Source: Promethearchaeota archaeon
GTDB taxonomy: Archaea > Asgardarchaeota > Lokiarchaeia > Sigyniarchaeales > SOKP01
Assembly: GCA_016840165.1 (NCBI GenBank)
Contig: JAEOSU010000009.1
Location: 16,331 to 80,330 of the forward strand
Direction: 5' to 3'
Length of the DNA stretch: 64,000 nt
In this document: piece by piece, positions 62,022 through 64,000 of the stretch
Position numbering within the stretch: position 1 is the first letter of the stretch
How the letters are laid out: every line of letters begins with the position of its first letter
Position numbers and translations under genes: made by a program
Notes under the pieces: model-generated
What the model was told of the DNA's origin: nothing
Seen by the model: only the letters and a program-made list of their open reading frames with translations
The model's database searches: none

Positions 62022-62441
62022 TATCATACTTTTTGGAATAATTCTCTCAATATCTTTTGAAAATTTCTTAAAGGGGGTAATATTTCCTTTAAAATTTAGA
62101 AGTTCCTTTTCAAAACGAGTAAAAAATTTAGTAAATATCTGATGCACTAATAAGTCTACTGTTTTTTTCCGACTTCGCTTCTCATCTATTTTTCTGTCAC
62201 ATTTTAGGATTATTTGATATTTAGAAAGTGCATGCGTATAAAAATAAAACACACATTTGTCCATTTTTAATGTATTTATATTTTCTTTAAATCCATATTG
62301 AGCAAATTGACTAATTTGATAGAAATAACTAGAAATTAGTTGATAATTATGTCTCTCATCAATTTCTTCACAGAAATTATGACAAAAGATTGGAACTCCC
62401 GTATTAGATAATATGGTTATTTCTTTAATCAAAGTTACCAA
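61995..62441 (-). CDS. Stand-alone longin domain protein
   Basis: ITILSNTGVPIF, LISSYFYQISQFA, FKGNITPFKKF. Confidence 0.75.
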   Translation of the reverse strand: MVTLIKEITILSNTGVPIFCHNFCEEIDERHNYQLISSYFYQISQFAQYGFKENINTLKMDKCVFYFYTHALSKYQIILKCDRKIDEKRSRKKTVDLLVHQIFTKFFTRFEKELLNFKGNITPFKKFSKDIERIIPKSMISRPIQASQ

Positions 62442-62553
62442 AAGGTATATTGATCAATTCTCTATATAAATCTTGTTTATAAAAAACATTACCTTCAAGA
62501 TCTTTATTAATTTCCATATTAATGAGCTAATATTTAATTGAAAAAAGAGATGC

Positions 62554-63705
62554 TTACTCCTTAAGATATTCTTGGAAAGAATGGAAAATTTCTCTATATT
62601 TCTTAAAAGCTTCAAGAAAATTTTCTTGATTTAATTGATTAATCGCCATTTTTGATTCTTCTATGATATTCTTTTTAAAAGATAAAAAATGTTGATGTTG
62701 TATAATTCTATCATCTATTACTTCTTTTTCTTTTTTAAATTTATTGAGAAGCTCTTTTTTTCCAATAAAACGAGCGATCTTAATAATTTGATCACAATTT
62801 TCTTTCGCAGAATCATATCGATCTTTTTCGATGTTTTTTTGATACTTTTTTTCTAATTCATCAATATCATCTAAAAGTTTCTTGTATTTCGCTTCAGTGT
62901 CTTCAATGTTTCGCTTTTTAATAGCGAGTTTATCCTTATATTCAGAAAACCCCTTATCTTCTGTTAATTTAATTAGTTTTGCTAATAGGGAATGGGCCTC
63001 ATCGAACTTATATTCTTCGGTAAAATTTGCGATTATCTCTAAATTTTTATTAAAATCTTCTTTCAGTTCATAATCTTTATTAAGCTCTAAAAATTCGTTC
63101 TCGAAGTGCTCCCATTTATCGAGGATGTAATCTAAATTAATTTTTTTGAGTAATTCTTTTGCCTTTTTTAAAGTCTCTCTTGCTAAGAGTATATTATTTG
63201 TGTGAATATAACTGCTGAACTGGATTTCCAGTGGTTCAAGTAATCTAATTATACTTTCTTCTTCTCGGAAGAAATTCCATCGTTTTGTTTCCTTCTGAAG
63301 AAATTGTTTGATAGATTTTATCATTCTTAAGTCGTAAAATTCATCATATTTTTCCTTGAATGCTATTATTAGATTATGTGCTTCTTCAAATTTGTGTCTA
63401 TTTAAGAGTACCTCATATTTCAACCTATTCTGTTCAAAATCATCTAAAATAATAGATGCTAATTTGTCAGTTTCAACTATTTTATATATTCCTGTGATGA
63501 ATTCTTCCTGTTCCCTAATTATAGAATCCATTTTTACATCCAAAGCTAAATTTATGATCTTTTCCGCAGCCTTAATTGCCTCGGAGTATTTTTTCATAAT
63601 CAGATGATTATTAGCAATTACTTTCAGCTCATCCATTTCTGAAATAATTGTGAGTTTATCTTTTTTTGTCTGTGATAACTTTTTTTCATCCTTCATAGGT
63701 GTCAT
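62554..63705 (-). CDS. All-helical repeat/coiled-coil protein
   Basis: Repeated KYSEA/KFEEA/KFDEA/RYDSA/NFLEA helix-hairpin motifs. Confidence 0.65.
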   Translation of the reverse strand: MTPMKDEKKLSQTKKDKLTIISEMDELKVIANNHLIMKKYSEAIKAAEKIINLALDVKMDSIIREQEEFITGIYKIVETDKLASIILDDFEQNRLKYEVLLNRHKFEEAHNLIIAFKEKYDEFYDLRMIKSIKQFLQKETKRWNFFREEESIIRLLEPLEIQFSSYIHTNNILLARETLKKAKELLKKINLDYILDKWEHFENEFLELNKDYELKEDFNKNLEIIANFTEEYKFDEAHSLLAKLIKLTEDKGFSEYKDKLAIKKRNIEDTEAKYKKLLDDIDELEKKYQKNIEKDRYDSAKENCDQIIKIARFIGKKELLNKFKKEKEVIDDRIIQHQHFLSFKKNIIEESKMAINQLNQENFLEAFKKYREIFHSFQEYLKE

Positions 63706-63723
63706 ATTTTTTCTATTTAATAT

Positions 63724-64000
63724 TTACTGATTATAATTATTTCCTCCAAAAGCATTTTCCAATCTGTTCATAACACTTTCATAAATCTTCATCGCATCAG
63801 AAATATGTTTTTCCTCTAATTCTACATTTGCCTTCTGAGTCATTTCAATAATTTTGGCCTTGAACGTTTCCTTCTTCTTTTGAAATTGATTTTTAATTAG
63901 TTGCCATGTATCCTTAATTTTCGTTTCGTTGGTTTGTTTTATTAATTCATTGATTTGATTGAATATAGAAAAGACCATACCCATGTTTTCATTAGAGAGA
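63724..64000 (-). CDS. Helical protein, partial (5' end outside the window)
   Basis: Frame open to the right edge; same helical pattern as the neighbouring gene. Confidence 0.55.
   Translation of the reverse strand, partial: LSNENMGMVFSIFNQINELIKQTNETKIKDTWQLIKNQFQKKKETFKAKIIEMTQKANVELEEKHISDAMKIYESVMNRLENAFGGNNYNQ

Noticed and set aside
533-63607. Short antisense or overlapping ORFs in the track (e.g. 533-715, 863-1063, 5217-5465, 16172-16405, 19647-19907, 41335-41634, 55301-55636)
   Set aside because: They lie on or against well-supported genes or in AT-rich spacers and have no motifs; they are shadow ORFs.
1-64000. tRNA, rRNA, IS elements, prophage
   Set aside because: No GC-rich cloverleaf or rRNA-like segments and no transposase, integrase or virion genes were recognised by eye; a tRNAscan/Infernal run would confirm.

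Overview
Gene-dense, AT-rich archaeal DNA that by gene content is very probably from a Lokiarchaeia/Promethearchaeota (Asgard) genome. The evidence is several Rab/Arf-like small GTPases, four longin-domain proteins in different architectures, a Vps22/36 (EAP30)-like protein, a Loki-CTERM-type surface protein and a short archaeal XPF. I found no rRNA, tRNA, CRISPR array or transposase. All family calls come from reading motifs by eye, not from database searches. The leading candidate for an undescribed system is a same-strand lipid cluster at 12.3-19.7 kb. It encodes a HAD phosphatase, a tandem double PlsC-type acyltransferase, a three-gene split PlsA/PlsR/Ger-like (2-hydroxyacyl-CoA dehydratase/ASKHA-activator) module, a catalytically degenerate PlsC paralog and two small proteins. 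It may make bacterial-type acyl glycerolipids and reduce them to ether or plasmalogen lipids in an Asgard archaeon. Other notable items: a membrane-anchored protein with two ESCRT-II (Vps22/36-like) modules; a corrinoid/MttB/homocysteine-methyltransferase operon (split methionine synthase); an 1131-aa helical-repeat protein ending in a TIR domain; an MFS-longin fusion flanked by two LMW phosphatases; a pseudo-GTPase and a C2-like protein; three genes that appear to need non-canonical start codons; and a decayed duplicate of the xpf 3' end.
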